Below, piece by piece: positions 1 through 9,148 of a stretch of 64,000 bases of DNA. Source of the stretch: Pirellulaceae bacterium (lineage in GTDB: Bacteria; Planctomycetota; Planctomycetia; Pirellulales; Pirellulaceae); assembly GCA_031414755.1 (NCBI GenBank), contig JANNWJ010000006.1, positions 32,863 through 96,862 on the forward strand. The letters are read 5' to 3'. Both the position numbers and the translations under genes were made by a program. Each line of letters begins with the position of its first letter. The stretch's first letter is position 1. The notes under the pieces are model-generated. The model was not told the origin of the DNA. It worked only from the letters and a program-made list of their open reading frames with translations, and did no database searches.

Positions 1-479
1 ACAAAAGTGCGGGTTGCCGCAACAAAATCCGAGCAGAAAACTGCGATCGTTTGAATTTCGGATTCCAATCGACAGCACCAGGTTCCGCATGAATTGCCTC
101 AATTTTTTCGGCGTCCTGTCCCCGTTCGGCAAGCCAATGAAAAGGTTTCCAGGTCGGCGCAAAAAATAAGCCCGGAAGGCCAAGTGGCTGATTCCGGACT
201 AGTCCCCCCCTGGGATACTGCAATGCAGATGCAATCTCCCAATGTTGATCAGGTCAACAGCCTAGTGTATCGGCACGCTCCATGGACGACTTGCGGAATA
301 AACATGGAATTGTCTGTGTCACCCAATCTATCCCGGTTGCCTTACCCGGCTCATCACCGCTCCCGTCAAAAACGATGTCAAAATTTCCCGATTCGCTAAT
401 CTGTAACGCGCTAGTTTGCCGATTCCAGCGATTGCAGGGTGTATTGTTGATCCAAAGAGTTTAGCGGACCATCGTTGAT

Positions 480-1868
480 ATGTCTGAATCAGAAACCATT
501 GTTCGTCCATCCATGCCCGTTTCGCTTGTCCTTTCGATCATTCTTGGTCTGGCGGCGTTCATCTTGTTATTCACGATGATCAACAACGGTATTTTCGGCG
601 ACGAACTTGTTCATCGTTATCTTGCCGGCCACCCCGTATCCAAGGTAGAAACTGCCTTGTTTCTCATTGGATTCGCGTCATTGAGCCTGATCGCATGGGA
701 TGTCTTTAGACAAAAACGTCTCCTGGCATTGATAACATTGCGCCCCGCCGAGCCCCTTCCTGAATCGGACACCGATCAAAAAGCTGGCAAGGATATTTCG
801 CTAGCATTGTCGACCCGCGAGCCAACAACGGAGCTGCTCCAAGCCCAACTCGACAAGTATTCACTTCGAACCAGGTCGACCTGGCTGTGGAGAAGGCTTT
901 TCACGGCACTGGAATTTATTCGGCGCAACGGAAACGCCGACGGCCTGGACGACGAACTCAAATACACAACCGAACTCGACAATGAGGAGAAATATGAACG
1001 TTATTCTTTTGCCCGAATCATGATCTGGGCGATTCCCATGCTGGGCTTTCTGGGGACGGTTTTGGGAATTTCCGAGGGACTGGGTGGAATCGAGATTGGT
1101 GCCGACAACAATTTCGAAAAGATGATGGCTGGTCTGCGTGGCAGCCTGTATGTCGCTTTTGACACAACCGCTATTGCATTGACATTCGCCATCATATTGA
1201 TGTTCTTTCAGTTCGCAATCGACCGAGCCGAGTGCAATTTGTTAAACCGGGTCGAATTACGGACTCGCGAAGAGCTTTCCCGACATTGGGATATTACCAA
1301 CAAGTCGCGCGACACTTACGTGCAAACCGTCGAGTCCATTGGCGCTAGCATGCTGGCCAGCAATGAAAACCTCGTTCAGCGTCAAGTCAAATTATGGCGA
1401 GCAAGCATAGGAGCTGCCGAGTCGGCATGGGTCGATTCCGTTCGCGTTGCACAGAAAACCGTTCAGGAATCGTTGCATGAAGCAATCAGTCATTCGACAA
1501 CCTCGCTGGGAGAATGTCTGCAACAGACGATCGAACAAAGCGACGACGCTGTCGGACGTCGCTGGGAGCAATGGCAGTTAGCGTTATCGGAGAACGCCGG
1601 GCTGCTCGTCAATCAACAAAAGCAAATGCTCGAACAATCGACGATCATACGACAAGTCATGGAACGACTCGGCGACCTCCCGAGTACACGCGCGGAATTG
1701 AAAGAATTTCTCACTTCTCAACAGAAGAACCAGCAATTCGCAGAAGCCTCTCAAACCCTGTCGACAGCGATCCGTTTGCTGGAGTTTCGACTCAAGGAAA
1801 TTGGTGATGCTCGAGTTGAACAGCCAACGATCAAAATGAACGTGGCCAAAACGAGAATGACGGCATGA
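480..1868 (+). CDS. MotA/TolQ/ExbB-family proton-channel protein with a long (~215 aa) helical C-terminal tail
   Basis: There are four predicted TM segments. The channel core is IWAIPMLGFLGTVLGISEGL ... LYVAFDTTAIALTFAIILMFFQF, typical of the MotA/ExbB family. The tail is rich in Q/E/L/A heptads. The stop overlaps the next start (ATGA at 1865). Confidence 0.8.
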   Translation: MSESETIVRPSMPVSLVLSIILGLAAFILLFTMINNGIFGDELVHRYLAGHPVSKVETALFLIGFASLSLIAWDVFRQKRLLALITLRPAEPLPESDTDQKAGKDISLALSTREPTTELLQAQLDKYSLRTRSTWLWRRLFTALEFIRRNGNADGLDDELKYTTELDNEEKYERYSFARIMIWAIPMLGFLGTVLGISEGLGGIEIGADNNFEKMMAGLRGSLYVAFDTTAIALTFAIILMFFQFAIDRAECNLLNRVELRTREELSRHWDITNKSRDTYVQTVESIGASMLASNENLVQRQVKLWRASIGAAESAWVDSVRVAQKTVQESLHEAISHSTTSLGECLQQTIEQSDDAVGRRWEQWQLALSENAGLLVNQQKQMLEQSTIIRQVMERLGDLPSTRAELKEFLTSQQKNQQFAEASQTLSTAIRLLEFRLKEIGDARVEQPTIKMNVAKTRMTA

Positions 1869-3538
1869 GGCGCAGACGGAGCACGGCAGACAACTTTGCC
1901 GTCAGCTTGTTCCCCTTTCTCGCAGTGCTGATTTGCACAATGGGCGTGCTGATCATTATGCTGGTGATGGCGGTTAAATCATCGCATGTTCGCGCTGCAG
2001 ATACACGACGCGAGTACGAGGAAACGGTTGCCGCGAACAAGGAACAATTGCTCGACGAACTTGATCTGCAACTATTTCGTGTTGACGAATACGAAGCGAT
2101 GCAGCCCGCCTTGCACGACCGACTGGCAGCCCAACGCTCCAGGCGAAGTCACCTTGAAGAGTCAACGCGCCGACTGATCGACCAGGCAAAGAACCTGGAA
2201 GACTCATGGAAACGAACGGAAAACGCAGCGATGCTGTCCGTTAACTCGCGCAACGACGAAGACACCCGGATCAAGAGTCTTGAATCGTCGCTGACTTCCA
2301 GTCAGAACGAGTTGTCCGCCCTGCGCAAACAAGTTGCCGGTCGTCCGGTCTTGTACTCCATTGTTCCAACCAATACCGCCGGTGGAACCGGGCGTCGCCC
2401 CATTTACGTTGAATGCCGGCCCGACGGGATCCTGTTGCAACCTGGGGGAATTCGAATTTCGCTGGATGACTTTACTTTGCCCGTCGTTGCTGGCAATCCG
2501 CTGGACACAGCCCTTTTGGCGACTCGCGAACACTGGAAGCGTTACGACGTTGTTGGCACTGAAGGTGATCCGTATCCGCTGCTTGTGATTCGGCCCGGCG
2601 GCGCTACGGCGTACGCTATTGCTCGCCGCGCCATGACGAGCTGGGACGACGAGTTCGGATACGAACTGCTGGACAGCCGAATTGAAATTGACTGGGGCCA
2701 AAAGGACAAGGAACTTGATTCAATTCTTCGACAGGCCATTGCCGATGCGCAGATCCGCCAACGGCAATTAGTGGCCACTCGACAAGTACAATGGTTGGGT
2801 CAATCGCCTGCAAACGGTGCGCAAACACAATCAGGTCCCCGAGGTGGTGCCGGCTCATCGGAGTCGGAAGGGAACGACACGCCATTCGGCGATGGAAACA
2901 CTGCTACATTTGCCGAAACACAAAACGGCAACCGTTCATCGGACACTTCGCCAGAACAAGCAAGCAATCCTTCCCCGAAAAACGCTCTCCGGGCTGGCAG
3001 GGGAACTGCTGAAAACGATGGACGTAAATCCGGTGGTTCGGCCAAACAGGGAACTGAAATCAGTTCTTCTGCAAATCCGCAGGGGGGGGACGCGTCAAAA
3101 AACTCCCAAGTCACCGGAAATTCAAAATTGTCCGCCACGACTTCCAACGCCGGATCGGGCTCCGCCTCGACGATGAAAATCAGCCCGCTTGCCGAAACTC
3201 GCGGTCAGGACTGGGCCTTGCCATCGCGAACTCCCGGAGCAACCGCCTACCGCCGGCCAATCCGGGTCGATTGCACCGAAAGTTCATTTGTCGTTCACAG
3301 CTCGGACCCGGGGCGACCTGTTGTCAACGTGCCGGTTTCAGAATCCATCGACAATTCCATCGATGCGCTGATCAATCAGGTCTGGACCCAGATTGACGAA
3401 TGGGGGATGGCCGAGGCAGGGGGATTCTGGAAACCCGTTTTGCGTTTGTCGGCAAGTGCGCAAGCCACAGTCCGTGCCGCAGAACTGGAACGAAAACTTG
3501 ACGGGTCAGGTATCGAAATTGAAAGGTTGTGGCGATGA
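1865..3538 (+). CDS. Bitopic membrane protein with an ExbD/TolR-like N-terminal anchor, a coiled coil, two ExbD-like alpha/beta repeats and a low-complexity linker
   Basis: The N-terminal TM is FAVSLFPFLAVLICTMGVLIIMLVM. A heptad-rich region spans aa 45-165. The repeats are RRPIYVECRPDGILL...PLLVIRPGGATAYAIARRAM and RRPIRVDCTESSFVV...KPVLRLSASAQATVRAAELERKL. An S/G/N/T/Q-rich stretch covers aa ~310-470. The gene is coupled to both neighbours. Confidence 0.6.
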   Translation: MRRRRSTADNFAVSLFPFLAVLICTMGVLIIMLVMAVKSSHVRAADTRREYEETVAANKEQLLDELDLQLFRVDEYEAMQPALHDRLAAQRSRRSHLEESTRRLIDQAKNLEDSWKRTENAAMLSVNSRNDEDTRIKSLESSLTSSQNELSALRKQVAGRPVLYSIVPTNTAGGTGRRPIYVECRPDGILLQPGGIRISLDDFTLPVVAGNPLDTALLATREHWKRYDVVGTEGDPYPLLVIRPGGATAYAIARRAMTSWDDEFGYELLDSRIEIDWGQKDKELDSILRQAIADAQIRQRQLVATRQVQWLGQSPANGAQTQSGPRGGAGSSESEGNDTPFGDGNTATFAETQNGNRSSDTSPEQASNPSPKNALRAGRGTAENDGRKSGGSAKQGTEISSSANPQGGDASKNSQVTGNSKLSATTSNAGSGSASTMKISPLAETRGQDWALPSRTPGATAYRRPIRVDCTESSFVVHSSDPGRPVVNVPVSESIDNSIDALINQVWTQIDEWGMAEAGGFWKPVLRLSASAQATVRAAELERKLDGSGIEIERLWR

Positions 3539-4563
3539 AGTTTCGGCCATTCCGCCGCAGATCCGATAGCACACCAGGTGAAGATTCCTTTATGGATGTC
3601 GTTGCCAACCTGGTCGGAGTGCTACTTATTCTCGTGGTGATTGTCGGAGCCAATGCCGGTTCACAAATAGAACAGTTGGCGATCGAACAAGTCGATGTGG
3701 GAGAACTCCAGGAGCTGCAATCATCGGTGCAATCGTCGCAAGACTCGGCAACCGAGTTGCTCCAGAATAACCGGGACCTTGAAAACAAGATCAACCTCGA
3801 GCGTGAACTGGCAGATCAACGGCATCAGGAGCGGCAATCGTTACTGGTCCGAATTGAAACGGCCCGGCGCGAACTGGAATCGCGAAAATCCCTATTGTCA
3901 ACAGAACAGCAAGAGCTGCTTGCGAACAGCGGACGCATCAGCTCGCTCGAACATCAATTGGCCGAATCGCGAAACATGGTGCAGAGCCTGTCCAGCGAGG
4001 CAAACCGCCATGAGACGATCGAACACTTTCCAACTCCTATTGCAAAAACGGTATTCAGTGACGAGTTGCATTTTCGGTTGCGTGAAGGCTGCCTTGTTCA
4101 CGTTCCCATGGCAGAGCTTGTCGAATTGATGAAAAACGAATGGCAGGAAAATGCCCTTAAACTGGAAGTGTCGGATGAAACGCTGGAAACCGTCGGCCCC
4201 ATCGGTGATTTTCGATTGCAATATCATTTGCAGGCCGAAGAAATCGTCACGCAAACAAGTCTCGGTGAAATGTCACGTCGAACTCCACGCTTCAACCGGT
4301 TCGTATTGATTCCAACAGGTGAGTCGATCGGATTTCCTCTCGAACAAGCCTTGACGGATGGATCGGATTTCCGCAACATCATCGATCTGGCGTCACCGGA
4401 AAAGACGACGGTTTCCATCTGGGTGTACCCTGACAGTTTTTCCGAATTCAATCAGTTAAAGCGCTGGTTGTACCAACGCGGTTATATGACCGCCTGCTGG
4501 CCCTTATCGGCCAACAGTCCGATTTCAGGTGGACCGTCGGGTTATCGATCGACGGCACAGTGA
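3535..4563 (+). CDS. Bitopic membrane coiled-coil protein with an ExbD/TolR-like anchor and C-terminal domain
   Basis: The ATG at 3535 overlaps the upstream stop (ATGA); the ORF track starts 6 nt earlier. The TM is FMDVVANLVGVLLILVVIVG. A coiled coil spans aa 40-165. The C-terminal TTVSIWVYPDSFSEFNQLKRWLYQRGY resembles the ExbD periplasmic fold signature. Confidence 0.6.
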   Translation: MKFRPFRRRSDSTPGEDSFMDVVANLVGVLLILVVIVGANAGSQIEQLAIEQVDVGELQELQSSVQSSQDSATELLQNNRDLENKINLERELADQRHQERQSLLVRIETARRELESRKSLLSTEQQELLANSGRISSLEHQLAESRNMVQSLSSEANRHETIEHFPTPIAKTVFSDELHFRLREGCLVHVPMAELVELMKNEWQENALKLEVSDETLETVGPIGDFRLQYHLQAEEIVTQTSLGEMSRRTPRFNRFVLIPTGESIGFPLEQALTDGSDFRNIIDLASPEKTTVSIWVYPDSFSEFNQLKRWLYQRGYMTACWPLSANSPISGGPSGYRSTAQ

Positions 4564-4680
4564 CAAGGCTCGTGAATCATTGCTCGTGATTTCCATTCGC
4601 AAGTAGCAAGTGCCACCCTGTCGTGCTTATAATTTCTTCTGGTCTGGTTTTGCTGACACAATCCTTCCAGTTGAAGTCCC

Positions 4681-5145
4681 ATGCCTCGCAAGAACCCGCG
4701 ACGAAATATTTCTCGCATTGAATTGCGTGCTGCTCTGGGCAATCGACTCGGCGGTTGGGAAGTGCGTATTCAACGGCAAGGGAAAAAGTACTGCAAGTTT
4801 TTTTCCGACAACCAGCGTGGCGGAAATCGCGGTGCCTTGAACGAGGCCAAAAAGTACCGTAATGAACTCGAAAGCCAGCTTAAACCCTACACAACCAAAA
4901 AGCTGGCCGAGTCGCCATCGGCGCGAAACACGTCGGGAATCGTTGGCGTGCGACGAACATGGCAAACGTTTGTCAACAAAGGTTACGAGTTCACCTATGA
5001 ATTCTGGGTCGCCCAGTGGATCGACGGTTTGGGTCGACGAAAAACGCGAAGTTTTTCAATTGGAAAATACGGTGAAGAAGGTTCCTGTCAAATGGCAATC
5101 GCGGCCCGACGAAAAGGAGTGCATTTGGCCAAGCGAACCGTTTAA
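4681..5145 (+). CDS. AP2-domain DNA-binding protein
   Basis: GIVGVRRTWQ...YEFWVAQWIDGLGRRKTRSFSIGKYGEEGSCQMAIAARRKG matches the AP2/ERF pattern (GV-R, W-A, G-F, eeA-A-AR). An N-terminal half-repeat is GWEVRIQRQGKKYCKFF. Confidence 0.7.
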   Translation: MPRKNPRRNISRIELRAALGNRLGGWEVRIQRQGKKYCKFFSDNQRGGNRGALNEAKKYRNELESQLKPYTTKKLAESPSARNTSGIVGVRRTWQTFVNKGYEFTYEFWVAQWIDGLGRRKTRSFSIGKYGEEGSCQMAIAARRKGVHLAKRTV

Positions 5146-5176
5146 TGCGATTCGCACCCGATTCGATTTCCATCGC

Positions 5177-5446
5177 TTATTTTGTGGCGTCTGGCAACTT
5201 GAATGGCTTTGCCTTGACAGCCTTGGGAGCTCGACCGCTCCGAATGCACTGTACGCAAACTTTAATCGTCTGGGCTCCGCCTGCCGGCATCTGGGCATGT
5301 ACCTTTTGCAAGTTCGGACGAAATTGTCGACGCGTAATCCCGGTAATCTTTGTACCGACACCCCCGAGATATTTTGCTTTACCACGCTTGTCGACTGAGT
5401 TACCTTTTTGTGCGCTTTTGCCGCAGATGTCACATTCGCGTGCCAT
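5177..5446 (-). CDS. rpmB: 50S ribosomal protein L28
   Basis: MARECDICGK...GNSV...RRQFRPNLQKV is the L28 signature. The protein is small and basic. Confidence 0.9.
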   Translation of the reverse strand: MARECDICGKSAQKGNSVDKRGKAKYLGGVGTKITGITRRQFRPNLQKVHAQMPAGGAQTIKVCVQCIRSGRAPKAVKAKPFKLPDATK

Positions 5447-5604
5447 AACCGAACCTGTTTTTACGGATCTTTAAGTCGAGGTGAACCCTATCGGAGGGCT
5501 CATTTTGAATGGGCCAGTATATCAATCGAATGACAGTTGGCAACGCCAAGTGGATTCTGGAATCCTGAAAAAACCCGGGTTTGTCGTTTGGTGTTGCTCC
5601 GGAT

Positions 5605-6894
5605 TCACGCCACCGCCTTGCGGCTTTTTATCAGGATCTTGGCCCTTTCAAAGGCAATAATCGATTTTGCCTGGTCCGGGAACCGCCTGGCCCACGCGCC
5701 AAGCAACAAAAACCAGTTCACGGCAAGGCTGGTGGCCGGAATTGCTGGCTTGCTTTTCTCAATCAATTGCAGAGATTCCACCGATTCTGTATCGGCACGA
5801 TCACCGACAGGAGCGGCACGGCAACCGATCAGATTTCCACCGCGCATAATCATCCAGTGTTGTTGCCGGTCGAAACCGGGATGGACCCAGACTCCGTTGA
5901 GCTTGCGCCTGGCCGCATTTAGCTGCCGCACCCGCCTCTCCATCCATTTCATATGCTTGAGTTGGTCGCTTAAAACAGCGGCCCGCTCAAATGCCAACTG
6001 CTTGACCGCCTGGTTCAATCGTTCCTCGAGCCGATCAGGAATCGTCATATCGCGCCCTTCGAGAAACCGGCGGGCAAGTCTTGTATTGTGTTCATAAGCG
6101 GACTGGCTGCACCCGCCGGCGCAAGGGCCCGGGCAACTTGAAAGCTCATACCTCAGGCAACCGGCGGCAACGCCATCATCAAATAATTGCAATTGGTTGC
6201 TGAACCGCATCCTTGTTCGATCCGGACAATCGCGCAGTTGAAACACATAGTTCATGCTCGTTACAGCGTCGCGCAACTCACCGCGACCGGCAATCGGTCC
6301 AATCGATGTACAAGCGTCATCGGGAATCGTCCCGGAAAAATAAATGGACGGCGCAGCATCGTTTCCCAGGCACACAAATCCTGGTTGTCGCCGTTCCGGT
6401 TTGCCTTCCACGTTAAAGGGGGGGCGGAAACGACTTATCAATTCCTGCTCCCGTACAAGCGCCAGCAGTTCGTGCGAAACCGGTTCCCAAACTAGCACCG
6501 CGCTGTTGCGCCGAATTCGCGCCATCTTGGGATCGGATGTTTGCGTCGCAAAATAACCCCCGAGCCGGTGTCTCAGCGATTTTGCCTTGCCAATATAGAC
6601 AATCGTGGCGTCAGAATTCAGCCAACCGTAGACGCCCGGACAAACAGGAATTCTGGCAAGTGCCTGTTGGCGAGCTTGCGAAAGTTGATCAATCAATCGC
6701 ATTTGCTGCAAGGGTCGACGCGCGCAATCGGCAAGCACGGAAGCTCCAAACCCTACCGGGTTCCGCGGCGGCGCATCGATTAGTTGTACATCCTTGCTGA
6801 TGCGTTTTCCCACCACGATCCTCCAGCGGGATGCCGACTCCAATGTTTCAAAAACACTTCTGTCCAATTTCCGTGACGGTTCTGCCTGGGTCAA
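5605..6894 (-). CDS. GIY-YIG nuclease, a UvrC N-terminal-half homologue (Cho-like) lacking the C-terminal endonuclease/HhH region
   Basis: The GIY-YIG motif is GVYGWLNSDATIVYIGKAKSLRHRL. The Cys-rich UvrC segment is CLRYELSSCPGPCAGGCS. The UVR-like helix is AFERAAVLSDQLKHMKWM. The protein is only 429 aa. Confidence 0.75.
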   Translation of the reverse strand: MTQAEPSRKLDRSVFETLESASRWRIVVGKRISKDVQLIDAPPRNPVGFGASVLADCARRPLQQMRLIDQLSQARQQALARIPVCPGVYGWLNSDATIVYIGKAKSLRHRLGGYFATQTSDPKMARIRRNSAVLVWEPVSHELLALVREQELISRFRPPFNVEGKPERRQPGFVCLGNDAAPSIYFSGTIPDDACTSIGPIAGRGELRDAVTSMNYVFQLRDCPDRTRMRFSNQLQLFDDGVAAGCLRYELSSCPGPCAGGCSQSAYEHNTRLARRFLEGRDMTIPDRLEERLNQAVKQLAFERAAVLSDQLKHMKWMERRVRQLNAARRKLNGVWVHPGFDRQQHWMIMRGGNLIGCRAAPVGDRADTESVESLQLIEKSKPAIPATSLAVNWFLLLGAWARRFPDQAKSIIAFERAKILIKSRKAVA

Positions 6895-6922
6895 GTCTTA
6901 CCTGGGCCATTCATCCAGAGTG

Positions 6923-8206
6923 CTAGCCCGGTTGGTCCAGAATGTCTTTCAAAATCTGCGTGAATTGAAATATGTCTTCGAACGAGTTATATAACGGGAC
7001 AGGTGCTGTGCGAATCACGTTCGGCTCTCGCCAATCGATTTCGATGCCAGCCGCTTGCAGTTTCTCAAACAAGGTTTTTCCGGGAATTATGTCATCGACG
7101 ACTTCCAGTGAAAGCTGACAGCCCGAGCCTGGTGGTGTCAAAACCCGGATGGGTGAACCGGGAATTAACTCCAGTTGTTCGCGAAAAAACTTTGACAGCT
7201 TTTGCGATTTTTCTACCAAGGGGCCCATGCCACCGGCCGCTGCAAATACGTCGAGCGACGCGCGAATCGCGGCCATCGAAAGGATTGGCGGATTGCTCAA
7301 CTGCCACCCTTCTGCAGTCGGGATCGCCTTGAAATCGTTGTCCATCTGGAAGCGGGTTTCCTTGTCATGCCCCCACCAGCCGGCCAGCCGTACGAGTTCC
7401 ACGTTTTGAGAGTGCCGTTGGTGTATGAAACACCCACCTACGGAACCGGGACCGGAATTAAGATATTTGTAGCTGCACCAAACGGCAAAATCGACATCCC
7501 ATTCATGCAGTTTTAATTCAATGTTACCGGCCGCGTGAGCCAGATCAAAACCAACCACGATCCCGCGTTTGTGGGCCAGGGCGGTGATTTCGGCGATCGG
7601 CATGACTTGCCCGGAGTAATATTGGACTCCCGGCAATAACAGGACCGAAACTTCCTTTCCATGGTCGGTCAGAAACTGTTCCACATCATCCAGGGTGAAA
7701 ATGTTTTGACCGTATCGGGGTCGAAGTGTTACAAGCGACTGTTCCGGGTTGCCGCCATGCCACCGAATCTGTGATTCCACGGCATGATAGTCCGACGGAA
7801 ACGCGTGATATTCCAGACCCAGGGCATGTCGCTTTTTTGTTGGCTTGAAGAACGTCGCCAGCATCAGATGCAGATTCGTGGTTAGCGAATTCATCATGAC
7901 GACTTCTTCCGGCAAGGCACCGACCAGCGCCGCCATATTATCGGTCAGAAATTCGTGATAAGGCATCCACGGATATTCGCCTTCAAAATGTCCGCGCACA
8001 CCAAGTCTTTGCCAATTGATCAATTCGTTACGAACGTACTCAGCGGTTCTCGTCGGTTGCAATCCCAACGAGTTGCCCACGAAATAAATCGCGCGCTTGC
8101 CGTCTGCGCCCGGAGGAATGTGAAATTGCTCCCTGAAATGCGCAAGAGGATCCTGTCGATCCATTTCCCGGACCGCGTCCAGTTGCGCTACAAGTTTTTG
8201 ATTCAT
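6923..8206 (-). CDS. kynU: Kynureninase
   Basis: Full-length resemblance to kynureninase: FHIPP...IYFVGNSLGLQP, WQRLGVRGHFEG..PW, CSYKYLNSGPGSVGGCF (PLP-lysine region). Confidence 0.9.
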   Translation of the reverse strand: MNQKLVAQLDAVREMDRQDPLAHFREQFHIPPGADGKRAIYFVGNSLGLQPTRTAEYVRNELINWQRLGVRGHFEGEYPWMPYHEFLTDNMAALVGALPEEVVMMNSLTTNLHLMLATFFKPTKKRHALGLEYHAFPSDYHAVESQIRWHGGNPEQSLVTLRPRYGQNIFTLDDVEQFLTDHGKEVSVLLLPGVQYYSGQVMPIAEITALAHKRGIVVGFDLAHAAGNIELKLHEWDVDFAVWCSYKYLNSGPGSVGGCFIHQRHSQNVELVRLAGWWGHDKETRFQMDNDFKAIPTAEGWQLSNPPILSMAAIRASLDVFAAAGGMGPLVEKSQKLSKFFREQLELIPGSPIRVLTPPGSGCQLSLEVVDDIIPGKTLFEKLQAAGIEIDWREPNVIRTAPVPLYNSFEDIFQFTQILKDILDQPG

Positions 8207-8239
8207 GGGAATTCCCGCCAGATTCGTTGGACGCCCCTC

Positions 8240-9061
8240 TCAGAATGGATTGAGGGAATAAAGAACCGGCCGTGACGGCGATGCATCGCTGGCAAATGCC
8301 GCAAACTGCAAATTCAGAATGTAACGTCCGTCGACCAAACTGTCATCGACAAAAACCATTTCCGTGATCGTCTTGTCCGTCCAAACGCCAGCGTTTAGCT
8401 CGTGCCTCGATTCGTCCACGTTCCAGAACAGATGGTGGTTGGTCAACAGCCCCTCGTCATTCATTTTGTCCACCGATGGCAAATCCAGCAACAGGTGCGT
8501 GATGTTTTGCTCGACAATCCACTGCATTGCCTCGATGGTCAGAAAGGCCGGGTGATGCGGATTGCCGTAGGATCGCGATCGTTTTGCCTTTTCGTTTGGC
8601 AACGTGCGAATCACCAGCGCCGTCATCTCCCGCAAATCGAACCCGGTACAACATCTCTGTAAACCGGCTCGTGTCACAAGCGCATCGTGATGATCCAGTT
8701 CCGGGCGATAGGACTCGGAGGTATCGCGCACTGCCACCAAAGGCACAGAAACAAGGCGGGCCATAAACCATCCGCCCAGTGCCAAATCGCAAACCGGCAC
8801 ATCCTGGTTGACGATATGCCCAACCGATTCGGTATGCGTTCCATTGCAGTGGGGTATCAGGGTCAATTGATCAACATTGCAACTGCCACCCCGTTGAGTA
8901 TCGCCCGTAAATACACCGACCTCGACTGTCTGCGTCGACGCTTTTGCAACACCGAAATGATTGGGCTGGGTACCGGTAAAATCCAGATTGATGGCGATGG
9001 AATGGCCAGTGGCATGATCGACAACGAAGCGTTCCCCGTTTGTCTCTGCAATTATTTTCAT
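8240..9061 (-). CDS. Putative cyclase-fold hydrolase (possible arylformamidase / kynurenine formamidase-like)
   Basis: IPHCNGTHTESVGHIV resembles the H-x-G-T-H-x-D-x-P-x-H metal motif of the cyclase/KynB family. The gene lies directly downstream of kynU on the same strand. The family call is tentative. Confidence 0.45.
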   Translation of the reverse strand: MKIIAETNGERFVVDHATGHSIAINLDFTGTQPNHFGVAKASTQTVEVGVFTGDTQRGGSCNVDQLTLIPHCNGTHTESVGHIVNQDVPVCDLALGGWFMARLVSVPLVAVRDTSESYRPELDHHDALVTRAGLQRCCTGFDLREMTALVIRTLPNEKAKRSRSYGNPHHPAFLTIEAMQWIVEQNITHLLLDLPSVDKMNDEGLLTNHHLFWNVDESRHELNAGVWTDKTITEMVFVDDSLVDGRYILNLQFAAFASDASPSRPVLYSLNPF

Positions 9062-9148
9062 CTGCCGGGCCTCGATTCAACCGCTTGCCGCACCATGCGT
9101 TTGAACCGCATTCAAGCAGAAGAACTTGCCTGACGCAAGCGTCTGTGA

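Noticed and set aside
1-90. Possible start of a minus-strand gene running off the left edge (ATG at 90)
   Set aside because: Only 30 codons are visible and their composition is unconvincing (MRNLVLSIGIRNSNDRSFLLGFCCGNPHFC). It cannot be evaluated within the window.
393-410. GATTCGCTAATCTGTAAC upstream of the MotA-like gene as a third, degenerate copy of the ATTTCGCTATTTACTCG motif
   Set aside because: Only about 10 of 17 positions can be aligned, and the alignment needs a gap. That is too weak to claim without a genome-wide motif model.
94-510. Short ORFs (101, 60 and 60 aa) and a CCGGAA...TTCCGG hairpin plus T-run on the minus strand (~160-200) in the 390-bp region upstream of the MotA-like gene
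   Set aside because: The ORFs have no recognisable features and overlap each other. The hairpin stem is only 6 bp with a 14-nt loop, so a terminator or ncRNA call is not supportable without expression data or an Rfam scan.
480-4563. Calling the MotA-like triad a Zorya anti-phage system
   Set aside because: Only the long-tailed MotA-like topology is reminiscent of ZorA. There is no OmpA-like ZorB domain and no ZorC/ZorD (or ZorE) nuclease or helicase genes. The neighbours are housekeeping genes. It is kept only as an analogy in the finding.
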